A DNA stretch of 64,000 nucleotides. Source: Ramazzottius varieornatus (taxonomy: Eukaryota > Animalia > Tardigrada). Under the pieces are notes generated by a model. The model worked only from the letters and a program-made list of their open reading frames with translations, was not told where the DNA came from and made no database searches. Each line of letters starts with the position of its first letter. Positions within the stretch are counted from its first letter, which is position 1. Of the stretch, positions 1 to 12,314 are shown in pieces. Position numbers and translations under genes: made by a program. The stretch covers positions 3,283,826-3,347,825 of the forward strand of contig BDGG01000002.1 of the NCBI GenBank assembly GCA_001949185.1, written 5' to 3'.

Positions 1-567
1 CGTCAAATTTGGCCATTTTCAATTACGAATTACAATAATCGGAACAACACTGGTGGATGCACGAAAATTTACCCGCGCATCCACACGCGGATAAAGTCGA
101 GTTTGTCCGCGCGTACTTTTGAATCGCCCGGCTCACCATAAGCTAGAGCACGGAATCTGGCCGCATGCGCTGTACTGCACTGCAGCACAGCTGCAGCGCG
201 TGAACTGACGAAGTTTGTGCGGCACAGCACAGCATACAGTAGAAAGCCATAGACTACCGCGCGGATGCACCTACCGAATCCTAACAAAAATTAGTTTTTT
301 GGCATTCGAACGTCAGCCGTTTCAGCTTTGCCGTGCTTTAGGGCAACATTCTCCAGGCTGACTACCGATTTCGCTGACTAAATTACAAACCACGTCAATA
401 CATCGGCGTTCCGCGCAGTTGCACCCAGGTCAATGTGCATCTGCAGCACAGCTGCTTAGCCAATGGGCATGACAGTTGTGCACCACAGCGCAGCGTACTG
501 CGCCCTGGTAATGTGTGCAGCACAGTTACAGCGTACTTTTGGACCTGCGGCCCAGTGCTTTACCACA

Positions 568-1242
568 AGCTCCGTTTCACTAGTGCCGTACTTTTGAATT
601 TCGTTTCTCTTGGTTCAGAGAAGATGTCAATCGAGCTGGAACCTTCTGTGCGACTATATTTGTCCATCGGAGATATAAGATGGCCGTTGCAGTAAGTAGG
701 GATCAGCTCTTGGTCATACCGCTATCGGGGAAGATCAGCTGATAAGATCTCCGCTTCCCGTCAGTATGGACCGGTACGAGCTCGTACTAAGCCGGGCACA
801 GGTGTGCCGCTGCTCCGTCAAACAACGCGTATTCTAAATCAAAACGTGAAATGTTTTGCGCTCAGACAATCTATGACTGCAGCAATGGTCGAAACGTTTG
901 AGACGTGGTTATTATTGCGCTGATATGCCTTGATTGTCTGATCACACATTATTTCTCGTTTTGATTCAGAATACACGTTGATTGACGGAGCAGCGGCACA
1001 CCTGTGCCCGGCTTAGTTTACGCGTACGAGCTCGCACCGGGCCATACTGACGGGAAGCGGAGATCTTATCAGCTGATCTTCCCTGATAGCGGGATTACCA
1101 AGAGCTGATCCCAATTTTCTGCAACGGCCATCTGATAGCTCCGATGGACAAATATTGTCGCACAGAAGGTTCCAGCTCGATTGGAATATCTCTCAGCTTA
1201 GAAAGGCGAAATCCAAAAGTACGGTACTCGTGAAACGGAGCT
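568..1242. mobile_element. MITE family A with long (~280 bp) terminal inverted repeats
   Basis: 568-845 (agctccgtttcactagtgccgtac...) is the imperfect reverse complement of 957-1242 (...gtactcgtgaaacggagct). A second copy lies at 35095-36438. No clear TSD. Confidence 0.85.
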
Positions 1243-2695
1243 TACGAGCAACGATGGGCGGATGATTTACCCAGCCTAATATAAAAAATAAAGCAGATGT
1301 CTCGGACGACCTTCCAAGAGAGGCTGAAACTGGCATTCTGGTCATCGTTGCGTAAATCCTGTCTGTACTAATCAGGGCGCCTGGTGCTCGAGCGACGTTT
1401 GAAACAGTTTTTAAGCCTGAAAAATTCTAATTGGTTAATTGCCGTCTTTCCGTGGGGCTTTAACTCGATGTTGGGAAGCCGTTGCCTGTTTTCGGTATTT
1501 CGCTGGGTAAATCACCTGTCCAACGCTGCATACAGGTGGGATGAACCACTCGCGGACGCATGGAGGTTGGCGGACCGCTATCGCAAGCTTCGCAGATCCG
1601 CAGTTTTTTTCCAGAAAACTGCTCAAAGTTGCAGATCCGCAATGAAGTTTGTCGAAAATTCGGAAAAATACAGATCTGCAGTTATTTTTTTCGCTGAATT
1701 TCTTGAAATTGCTGGGGGCAATTTCGGTAATATGCAACCAATAAGGGCTTACAAAGATAGATTGCACCGCTGGTGAAATTACGACTGGCCTATTCATTTC
1801 ACCAGACATTACACTTTCGGTGTGATTACGAGTCGCTCCGGAACGACTCGTTATCACACCAGACTTAACCTACATCCCGAGTGCACTGTGCTCCCCTCCA
1901 AACTTTCAAATGTCACTTCCATGACGAAGTTTCTCGCTACTCGTCCTACTGGTGAGTGTATTGTGGTTCCTCCGACATCAAAGATCTCATAATCCTCCGA
2001 TCGTACATACCTGCAGTACGGGGCTTTCAAAGCGAGCCGTTACACCGCTTTCCGAACTGGCCAAGAATTTTCTGGGCGTATCCACCAAAGTAGCTGGTGT
2101 AATTACACCACGAAGCCAGCTGAGTCTTTGTAAGCCTTTAGTATTTATTGGTGCTGTTGAACTGATAATTTGTCGAGGAAGTCTTATGCCGCCATGCGGA
2201 CCTATTCGGAACAAGCGTACGGTTGCGGTACCCTGAATTTCGAGAGTTGAGAGGTGACAGTTGGGTATTTGGATGGATACAAACGTCTGAAAAATCAAAC
2301 ACATGGCAAAAACGTTAGGAGAAATTAAGAACGAAGACCGGCATCTGTACACAGAAAATAAAAATATGGCGACGTCGCTCCGGTCCCACCTGTACAGTCA
2401 CTGTACTTCGCGCATGAGCGTGCTGAAAAGTCAGCTCTGTCACCCCTTCAAAGTCAGTTTAGAACCACCCGCGCTTCTTGTAGTTCCAAAATAATTCTAG
2501 AAATTGCAGGACCGCAATTTCTGAAATCGAAAAGTTCCGCAGTTGCAGATTTGCTCCCCTCCCCCCCTCCCCCCTCAGTACGTCATTGTGAACCACCGAG
2601 TGTGTACATGACATTCGCAGCTGATAGATTCCGTTCAGCTTACGAGTGTCAGAGCGAGTGTCCCTCTGTAGCTTTCTTCTGTCGCTCGGATCCGG

Positions 2696-4282
2696 ATGCA
2701 CGGGGTATTGATTCGTCTGCTTGATACCGGACACATGAACAGGTTACGGATGATGGACAGCATCGCGGAAAATCTCATGGTCATCCAGCAACGAGTGAAA
2801 GGTTTGGCCAAGAATAGTAAAGTAAGTTTGTTCCATGTGTTCGCTCTCCTTTAACCCTATATCCACTTGCGTCATTCTTCCAGGAACCTCTGTTGGTTGC
2901 AGTAAGCAAGACGAAACCGGTGGAAGCAATCCTGGAAGCTTATCAAGCTGGACAGCGACACTTCGGGGAGAATTACGCACGTAACCAGAGGTTCTCCTGT
3001 CCCACATACCATGGCACACGAGCTACAGTGGGCAGGTTACGGTCCCATGCGCTCAGTCTGTTAGGTCACGATCAGCTCATTGGTGAACCGAGGTGGTAAT
3101 GTGGCAGTACCACTAATCAACCGTACACCACACAGTCGGCTGGGATGACGAAGCGATCAGTCAGAATTCAGATGCGACGAAACGCAACCTGTTCACTGTA
3201 GCTCATGTGCCATGGCCGATGGGACAGGGAAACCTCTGCACGTAAGAACTTACACGTTATCCAGAAAACACTAAAATTTAATTATTTTCGTCTTCTGTCC
3301 AGGCTAAAGAAATCGCGAGCAAGGCCAAGGATCCAAGGATCCTTTCTTCCTGTCCTGACATCCGCTGGCATTTTATCGGGCATCTGCAGAGGAAGGCGGT
3401 TAACAAGGTCGTCGGTACGATTACGACGAACGTCACGTTGTCATCACGAAATCAAATTCGAAATTCGGAGTATCTCTGGTATAAATTTTCTGACTTTTGC
3501 AGGGGTCCAGAATCTGTTCGTGATCGAAACCGTTGATTCCCCTAAAATAGCAGAAGCACTGAACGAAGGATGGAAGAAGAAGAAAACGGCGGAAAAGCTC
3601 AAAGTAATGCTCGAATTGAACACTTCCGGCGAAGATAGTAAGTCTTCCGAACAGGGAAGAAATGTCTGAAATTGTTCAAGCCCTGAAGGTTTGTTCAGTA
3701 ATTCGATGGGAAGGAGTCGCTTTTTTATTCTAGGCAAGCATGGATTCAAGGCAGATGAAGTGGTCGAAGCTGCGAAATTTCTGAAGGAGAACTGCGATCA
3801 GCTTCGTTTAACTGGTTTGATGACCATTGGCTCAGCAACGAACAGCCTCCAGAACGTGAAACCAAATCCCGACTTCCTGGTAAGCAAACGTGACTCAGTA
3901 CTTTCGTGAAGAGCAGATGGTATTTCTCGAATCATCGATATCTTATATAACACATACTCGAACGCAACAGTGTTCGTCGTTCGAGTAATTCGATTTCGGA
4001 AAGAAAAGTGGTTTCTTCTATTTTCAGACGCTGATTGACTGCCGGAAACGTGTCAGCGAGGCTCTAGGTTTCAATCCTGATGAGCTCGAGTTGAGTATGG
4101 GAATGTCACACGATTACGAGCACGCTGTAGAGATGGGCAGTACGGAAGTGCGCGTGGGAACTGCTGTCTTCGGCAACAGACCCTATCCACCAAACTCTGA
4201 CGTTGGTGATTCCGAAGTAAACCAACGGGATTCCCCCGGTAGCTCCGGTGAGGAAACAGCAAAACGCTTTGCACATCACTAA
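2696..4282 (+). CDS. PLPBP: Pyridoxal phosphate homeostasis protein (PLPBP/PROSC/YggS family), 6 exons
   Basis: Spliced exons ~2696-2821, 2884-2976, 3303-3414, 3503-3637, 3734-3879 and 4028-4282 give MMDSIAENL...LVAVSKTKP...GQRHFGENY|AKE...WHFIGHLQ...IETVDS...[11 protein letters not shown]...GLMTIG...[28 protein letters not shown]. The start could be the in-frame ATG at 2696, 2735 or 2750. Confidence 0.93.
2986..3238. mobile_element. hAT-type MITE in PLPBP intron 2
   Basis: ~55-bp TIRs (cagaggttctcctgtccca... / ...tgggacagggaaacctctg), flanked by a near-identical 8-bp TSD cacgtaac (2978-2985) / cacgtaag (3239-3246). Confidence 0.85.
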
Positions 4283-4747
4283 ATGGTAGCCCAAGTAAAA
4301 CATGTTCCAAATTGTATTGTGATTTATCAGAGTTATTTTATCTCTGTTGATGATGTCTGACATTTATTCACCCTTGAAGTTTTAACGGATCATTTTCTTA
4401 TAAGAGGAGAATTACAGATTAAGCGATGGTTCAGAAGCACAGATCAAAAAATTTGACCGAGAAAATAGCAGCAAACTTTAGCGGAATTGATTACTGGCAC
4501 AGAGTCCACAGACTTAAGGAACAAAAAGCTGCCACAATGTCTACAAAGGAAAGGGATACCGTAGAGAGTTTAGGCTACTTAGCTGCTCAGATCCCAGATC
4601 AGTCTAATGGTTAAATCTACTGCAAAATATCATCCAAAACTGAAAAGGACATAGTAAATCTTCGGATGGAAAGCCACGAACATCTACCGGCGTCGCAAAC
4701 CAAAAATACGTCCATCGCTTCTAGAACAGTCCAGGAAGGCTGGATCT

Positions 4748-5819
4748 TCACCGTACACGAATCTCAATCTGTGAAAGAACAAAGGAATAACTAGCGACTG
4801 ACGAGAGTACATTCCAAAACGGGTTTGCAAAAGAGCTGGACGTACCAGGCGCATGCCCCTTTCGTAAGGATCTACAATAGTTATTCCAGATGAACTCAAC
4901 TGCCGATTTTGCTCTGCTATGTACGCCCGAGCTTTCTTCAGGAACTGCAACAACAAAAGACCTAAAAGAACGATCGTTAAGTCAAGAATGAATTACGTAC
5001 TTTATTGTAACGGCTCTCCATGAAAAGGAAAGCCATATAGCAGGTACAGCAGCCAATGCAGTTTTCCCATGCTGTGGCACAGTTGGGCGTTTCGGCGTCC
5101 TCGTAAATTTCATTGAGACGCTGAATTATTGTTTGAAATGTTGTCGGATCCATCTGCAAAGCGGAAAACCACCGGAACTCACACAAGTGAGAAGTCTAGT
5201 ACACGTACGAAAAGGAAGTTTGGGCCAGTAAAAGTCTGGGCCCGACGATTCCGAAAAAGAGGAGCGGAAGTACGTACGTGCGCGTGTAACTCATACCCAT
5301 TTACTTTTCGGCAGTTTTCTACGGTTGAATTTTCAGTTTGCCGTCTTTCCCTCTGGCCCAAACTTTCCCTTCGTGCGTGTACTGTTACTGTAGACCAGGA
5401 AGTTAGCTTTGTGTAATGGAAATCAACTAATCAAGGGTTCTTCAGCCAACAAAGCCGTGCTTGGACACGCCATGTTATTAACTTCCGGTCTAACAGGGCC
5501 GTGCTTCGAGACCAAACACAGATAGTCATCTTACCACGTAATCAACAATCAACGGACTGCGAAATGAAACGTGAACGGTGAACATACTTTGCCATCCAGT
5601 TCTGGAGGAAACTTCTCCTGGAATTTGACCTGTATTCCCTGCGAATAATCCCGTTCGATAAATACGGTAAAGCGCGGAGATTGTGTCATTGGGTAGCCAT
5701 AGCCAGATGCTTTTCCGTTCGAACTGTGAGGCTGCGAAGTCTGGAAAACACATCGATGTGACTGCCGAACTCTCAGCTCTGATCGACAAAGATATTGAAA
5801 TACTTACGTATCCGTCCAT
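4748..5819 (-). CDS. GOLGA7: Golgin subfamily A member 7 / Erf4 family (DHHC palmitoyltransferase accessory subunit)
   Basis: Spliced reading MDGY|TSQPH...FTVFIERDYSQGIQVKFQEKFPPELDGK|MDPTTFQTIIQRLNEIYEDAE...ENCIGCCTCY...ESRYNK|FLKKARAYIAEQN...DPYERGMRL|IEIRVR* matches Erf4/GOLGA7 motifs. Confidence 0.88.
5200..5381. mobile_element. MITE family C (tacacg...cgtgta ends) in a GOLGA7 intron
   Basis: Inverted ends with TA termini. Related copies at 20316-20506, 23329-23762, 43725-44087, 48331-48485 and 55196-55396. Confidence 0.75.
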
Positions 5820-6199
5820 GCCCGCGAAGACCAGCAGAATGCTGCGCAGAAGACAGAGGTACAGGAGGCAAAGTAAAGCTACATGACCATTAAAGGTGGT
5901 TTGACAGGTTCGAGCATCTCAGGAGCCAGGCCACCAGATGCAGTGTCGAACGTGCTCCTTTGCCCGACTAACTGTTCCAACACCTCACAGCCTGAACCAC
6001 CCTGAAGATCCTGTTAGTTGGTCGGATTCTGTAGAAGATCAGGCCCAGATGCAATAAGTGTAGAAGGGGAACTTCGAGAGAAATAAAACACAAGCCAAAC
6101 TTAATTACTGATTACTGAAGTACGTGTACTGTAACTGAACAATAAACAAGTGAAACAAGGCTGCTGTATTTGTTGATCAAACAATCAAGTCCGTTCGAA

Positions 6200-6290
6200 A
6201 TATGGGCGGGGCTACGACCGGAAACGGAAGCTTCAAGTTCGGGTTTTCCGTGCGACTGATTGGACCTCGTGCGGTTTCTTGATTGGACAG
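6200..6290. promoter_or_regulatory. Putative bidirectional promoter between GOLGA7 and MPPE1
   Basis: GC box gggcggggc (~6203-6212) and two reverse CCAAT boxes (gattgg at ~6258 and ~6281) lie between two divergent start codons 664 bp apart. Confidence 0.5.
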
Positions 6291-6482
6291 TCTTCTTTAT
6301 TCCCGTACGGGCCGTACCGGGCGTAGAAAATTTGAAATTCCTAATTGAGAGAAAATTAGAAATTCCTCATACCTTTGCGTCTGGTCCTTGAAAGCATTTC
6401 GAACGGCGGTAACGGTGGAGGGGAAAAAACGAGAAAGGAACATTATCTATGTGTGTAGCATGAGAGTCTGCGACATTACGAG

Positions 6483-8187
6483 ATGCTCCCGCCGCAACTT
6501 CGTCGATGGCACCATTCCCGACCCTTCGGCTTCTTGTTTCGGGCCTTCTGTCTTGTTACAGCTATAGTCATCGTTTGTGAACACCTCATTTATTATTCGG
6601 CGCTGTGGAAATGCTCGTGGCCGACTATGGATTGCGGAGTAAATGATCCGAATAATATGCTGCCTCGTAAAGCATTCCTTCTGGCCGACACGCACCTGCT
6701 GACTCGCTGGTCCAATCAATGGGATCGAACCATCAGGTAAATTCCATCCAAGGATACATGTCAGTCCTCAGATAATTCTCCGTTTTTCGTAGGGAATGGC
6801 ACATGGAAAGGAGCTTCCAAACGGCGAACTTTTTGCTCCAACCAGACCTCGTATTTGTCTTAGGTGAGTCTTTGCTTTCAGTCGTTTCCATCGCATAACT
6901 AATCTGTGTTCTTCGTCCAGGTGATGTCCTGAACAATGGACAAAACACCTATCAGGAAGATTTTGACGCTGATGTTCAGCGATTCCAGAAGATGTTTGCT
7001 AGTCAGGCCAAAGTGATCTGCGCTGTCGGGAATCACGATATTGGTTTCCATTACAGGTTTGTGGCCATTACTGTTAAGGTCTTGTCAATCAATTTTGATG
7101 GATCAGTTTGATTCACGACAGCCTATTAGAAAACCAAGTTAGTAGACTGACTGGTCCGTGACCGTGACAGTGACAGGACCATGTTATCTATTCTGTCGAC
7201 CCATCTGGATGTTTTGCAGAGTTCATCCATACCTCCTGTGGAGGTTCGAGCAAGCTTTTAACGCTTCGGCCGTTCAGCTCTACCAGGATTCTGGAATTAG
7301 TTTTGTCATATTGAACAGTGTGGCATTTGAGATGGACAAGTGCGAAATGTGTGAAGAAGCAGAGGAGCAGTTGCTGAATGTATCCAAAATCTTGCGGGAG
7401 ACTGGATCTCCTCGTCCTTTCGTGTTGCAGGCAAGTAAGTGCTCTTCTCTCGTTCAAAATATTCATGTTCCTCCTCTGTAATAGTTCCTTATATTTTTAG
7501 CACTATCCGATGTATCGTGAATCAGACGAAATCTGCACAGAAGAGGATGCCGCACCGGAGGGTGAGAAGACGATACATTTTCGGGAAAAGTGGGAGTGTT
7601 TGAGCAAGAACGCAACCTCGATGGTGAGTTAAGCACACTAGACTGCTTTCTCTACAACAATCGTAAATATTTTCGGCTGGTTGGAAAGTTGTCTTGAAAA
7701 TTAGTGCAAAGACTCGAGCTTCCGGGTACTCCAAGCGTCGCCCGTAAACTTCAATGTTATTATTTCACTGATGTGTTTGTTTGTCTGCTTTATGTAGATT
7801 ATGGCCACGTTGAATCCTCGCGCCGTTTTCGGTGGCCATACACACCACAGTTGTTATCGGCAGCACGAGAACGGTGTCGAAGAATGGAGTGTCTCGTCTT
7901 TCAACCGTCGCTTCAAAAAGTATCCGTCCTTCCTAATGGTATGTTTTTTTTGTCCAGCGTTGTTTTGATTACCTCCGGTTGTGTTGATCATTATAAGAAG
8001 GTCTTTTGCTGGCTTGTAGGTTTCTTTTTGCCCTGACACATTTGCAGTCCGGCAGTGCTTTTTGCCGGACGAATACACACTTCTGGCCGGCTATGTCGTA
8101 GCCGTCGCCGTTGTGGTCATTACAGCGTGCTGGTGCTTGTACACACTTCTTCGTTTTAAAGGATTCCGCTTGAAAAAGTTCTCGTAA
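6483..8187 (+). CDS. MPPE1: Metallophosphoesterase 1 (PGAP5, GPI remodelling)
   Basis: N-terminal TM, then [36 protein letters not shown]|HYPMYR, FGGHTH and VSSFN motifs over ~7 exons. C-terminal TM and a KKxx ER signal (KKFS*). Confidence 0.92.
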
Positions 8188-9252
8188 TTGACGCACTCTT
8201 AGGTACTTTTACGATCTTTGGCGAACCTTCGAGACAGGATCCGTTTGAGGAAGCAGAATTTAGCACAGTGATCTTGTTTGTCAGGACAAAGTTTGTCTTT
8301 TTCCGCCCAGGTATCTTTTCTGACGATGTACTTGTCTTCATCGTCCAGTTTTTCCCAGATTTCAGTACAAAAGAAACCGGCGTACGACGTCTTATCGACG
8401 TTCCTGAGAATATCTTCTCTGCAAGTTCCACCCGAGCGAAGCAGGGCTCGAAACAAATTCCGCCTTTGTGTCTCGAAGAGCTTTGTGAGTCTCTTAGCCG
8501 TTGTAACGCGAGAAAGTGGAGCGAAAATGAAAGAATATTGAGTGAAATGAAAAGCAGTGAAGGTGGTTTTGCGTGGTACCATTGGGTCAGGTATCATATG
8601 ATGCGAGTGTCCGCCATAAAAAGAAACCATAATCTATTATCTGCAGACTATTCATGTCAAGTGGATGGTTGGCAGAAAACATATACCTGCTCTTTGCAAC
8701 GCATCATCAGAAGTAAAATCATGAAGACTGTTGATGAAGCACTGAAAGAAAAGAGGAAGCTCCACTGTCACGGATTACTAGTGCATGTCTTCTGACCGCA
8801 TTCGGAAGAAGCCATAACTAATAAACGGTAAGTAGTCCGTCGAGTGGCTAATAGCTCAATCAATAGCTTCAGTCTGTAGTGAAGTTATGGGTCGTCCAAC
8901 GGTACTGTCGGCGCACGAAGGCGGCTTTTTACTCAGCGATTAATTTCTTACCGACTGCAAGATGTGCGCTTGTCTAATCTGGGTTGTCTACACGCAGGTG
9001 TCGATTCGAAAGAGCTTAACACAAATGTGTCCTTGTAATGGCCGGCAGCATGGTCAGAAAAGATGATAAATGCACACTTGTTAGATCAGTGTAAATATCG
9101 GTTGTCTTTCCGTTCACTACCATCCATCCCGCCGACACAACGCAGACGCTACTTCAACCCAGATCTCATATCAGTATTTGCAGTTACGCGATCTCAGCCA
9201 TAATTTTCTTATAGGTTTGCCGGCTGGGAATATCCTCCTGTACCCGGTCATC

Positions 9253-11839
9253 ATGGCGCACTACTTCCTGCTGGTTCTCGGATTTTTTGTGGCGGCGACC
9301 CAGGCCGCGGTCCTTAGTTTCTGGCAGGAGAACTCAACGGAAATTGCAGACAGTGCCAGAGCCACTCTCAACCGGGATACTCGATACGACAGATGGCTCG
9401 ATGCGAAGAGAGTTCTCTACCGGTTCGACCCGATCTCTTACTGTAAGTGGCTGCTCCTGTGCGATAATCCCTCAAACCTCACAAATTCGGTTTTAATACA
9501 TTTCGTTCCATGTACGTTGTACCGAACAGAACTTTGATGGCCTCACTTTCGTTTGGGCTTTCATCCGATATTACCAGTTGACCGATGTGCTTACGGATGC
9601 TTTTCTTACGATGCGCACGGGTTTCAAACTCGTATAAGCTCCGTCTGTGAAATCTGCCCGCTGGGATAACCTACCTTGAACTTCCAACTTTGAATATTAA
9701 CTAGTGTGTAATGGATAAGATGATGTTAAATGTCCATTACGGCATCGGTAAGGTGTCACTGTCAAGAGCGTCTGATCATCTATTGTATAATTGCAGCGGG
9801 CGAGGAGAAGTCCTTGATCATGACAGCGATGAGCCAGATCGCCGCCGACATGAACAAATGCATCAGCTTCCAAGAGTACAACGCCGACTCCGACGCAGGA
9901 TTAGACAATATTTACATCTCCAAGACCTTGAATGATGGGTAAGTCGCTGGGCAAACTGTCTCTTTGCCTTCAACTCGCAGAAAGGGTTCTCTGAATGTCC
10001 GCGTTTGTCGTTTCAGAACGATCCCCGCCACTTGCTTCACGTTCTACGGACGCCTGTTGCGCGCGGCTGGTCAGGGCCAAAAGATGGCCATCCATGACGG
10101 ACCCAACGGCTGCATGGACAACGTCCGTGAAGTGATGAAAATTCTCGTCAATGTGCTCGGTTTGAGAAACGAGTATAACCGACCGGATCGGGATCAGCAC
10201 TTGAAGGTCTTCGTTGAGAACCTTCAACCAGGTAAGAACAGACGCGAATTCACTTCAGCTTCAGCGTTCTTTTCCCCACTCGGGCAAAATATTTCTCCTG
10301 GCAAATCCTTTTCGGTCCTATTGAACAGCCGAAGTACGCAGAAATTGCATGTAAGTAGAGCGCACAAAATGCGAACTAACTCGTAGTCACGTAACGTGGA
10401 TTACCGTTGATTGATACAACAAGGCCCAGGTAACCACGAGTAGGGATTCATTTTGTGCACTGTATATTAATGGCGAAAACTACGAAACAACTTTGAGACC
10501 GTGGACTTTTCTACGATATTTCTGATACTATCATAGTTTGGGTGGGATAGGTCGCTTGTCTCGTCAACGATGGTACTGGAAGACGATCGGAAATCTCTTG
10601 TTGTTGTCAACATGGTGATTTGCATAACACGTTTCCTCTTTTCAGAGTTGCGGTTCTCCAACTTGCTCAACCCATACAACGCGTCGCAAGTTCTCCGAAG
10701 CGGACCATTCGACTACCACTCCATCACCATTCCCCAACCTTCGCAATACGCCATTGCCGGCAAGCACATCTATGAGTTCCCTGCCGACAAGGCAGTTCCT
10801 ACGCTTGCTCACCTCAGCAAAGCCGACTGCGCTGGTCTGTCCTTCATGTACGGATGCGACGAGTCCAAATGCGTTGACTGTACGTCCATTCAAATGCTCC
10901 ATATCGAACCCGCTTGCTTCCCATATCTGAACGCGCCACTAAACTTGACATTCAAATTCTAATGAGGGATTCTTTGCAGTCTATCCAGAAGCTAAACCCG
11001 TCGAAGCCTCCACTGAAGCCTCGACAACCGTCACCGCGACCTCCGCTGCCACGACTGAGGCTGCCACTACGGAAGCTGCTACCACCCAGGCTGCTACCGA
11101 AGCCTCCACCGAAGCAGCTACCACTATTGCTGTCACTACGGAAGCCGCGTCGACCGAAGCTTCATCCGTCGCTACGACCGAAGAAGCCAAGATGGAGAAG
11201 ATGGCGGCAGTCGAAGTTGCCGCTGTTGTTACCGCTGCGGAAGTGTCTGAAGCCTCCGTCCAAGCTGCTCAACCCGCTAACCTTGTTGCCGAAACCTCGG
11301 CCGCCACTTCGGAAGTCTCAACTGAAGCATCTACCGAAGCTGCCACAACAGAAGCCGCCACCACGGTCGAAGTCTCCACCGCCGCCGCATCAACCGAAGC
11401 TACCTCGACCGTCCCAACCCTCAACGTTACCTTGGTCGACATCATCGTTCCCAGAAAAGGCGCCGAAGAAGTTAAAGAACCAGCTGCAGTGGTGGTCGTC
11501 AACGCCGTGACCGAAGCGTCCTCTACTGCAGCATCCGCACCCACAGATGCCGCCACCACCGTAGCAGCCGAGGTTGAGGAAACTACGGCAAGCAACCCAA
11601 GCGTCAAGTTGGTCGTTATTGCTGCCATGACGGACTCTTCGGCAGCTCCGGCTGTAACCAGTGAGAACACCACGATGGCAGCCACAAGTGAAGCTTCGTC
11701 GACCGAAGCTATGACGACTGGTGCTGCCGCTCAAGAGACCACGGCGGAAGTGACCACCGTAGCGACCAGTGAGGCTTCAAGCTCCGTCAGTGTAGAGGGC
11801 AGCACTGCAGCGATTGCCAATGCCACCATTGTGGTCTGA
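9253..11839 (+). CDS. Secreted astacin-fold (M12A-like) protein lacking zinc ligands, with a Thr/Ala/Glu-rich mucin-like tail
   Basis: Signal peptide MAHYFLLVLGFFVAATQA. Exons ~9253-9441, 9797-9938, 10018-10231, 10646-10879 and 10980-11839. Astacin landmarks KCISF, CFTFYGR, GC, LGLRNEYNRPDRD, FDYHSI and LSKADC...YGC, followed by ~280 aa of TEAATTEAS-type repeats. Confidence 0.85.
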
Positions 11840-12314
11840 AGTCAAGAAATGCTCATGACTTTCGCTGTCGAATTAGAAGATGGTAGCCAAACTGGTTTTT
11901 GGAAATTTTCCATGTACTGTAAGGATTTTTGCATGAACTACCGATATAAATAGTCATAAAGTACACATTCGTATGTAGGGACTAATTCCAGTGTTGACTT
12001 CTGATTTCGTAAAGAGAAGAGCTAGCACGTTCTCGATGCACAGTTGACGGAGGAAGATTCTTGGGAAAAAAACATTGACGAGCTAGTCTATCTTCCAGAA
12101 TTTCACACGCCATGCAGACAGTATCAGTTTGTGTACAAGCTACACGACGGCAAAAAGATACAGCATGCTCAGTAGTATAGTACACTCATAGCGGACTTGG
12201 AGCCCCAACACCAGCATATCAAATAGAAAAATTTGTAACATTGAGATTTGCGGAAGTTCAGTTTGTGGCAGGTATCAAAATTAATTAGGGCAATTTGGAC
12301 ATAATATTTCCATA

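Noticed and set aside
100-560. Repeated tgcagcacag motifs at the window start
   Set aside because: Probably a decayed repeat, but no termini or second copy could be defined.
1830-2352. Minus-strand ORF with plausible splice sites upstream of PLPBP
   Set aside because: No recognisable homology, start codon or continuation. It could be an unrecognised exon but cannot be supported.
8199-8795. Overlapping 143-175 aa ORFs after MPPE1
   Set aside because: No recognisable motifs or splice context; probably 3' UTR or intergenic.
10914-11734. Pro/Lys/Arg-rich alternative-frame ORF and antisense ORFs
   Set aside because: Shadow frames of the low-complexity Thr/Ala/Glu mucin exon.
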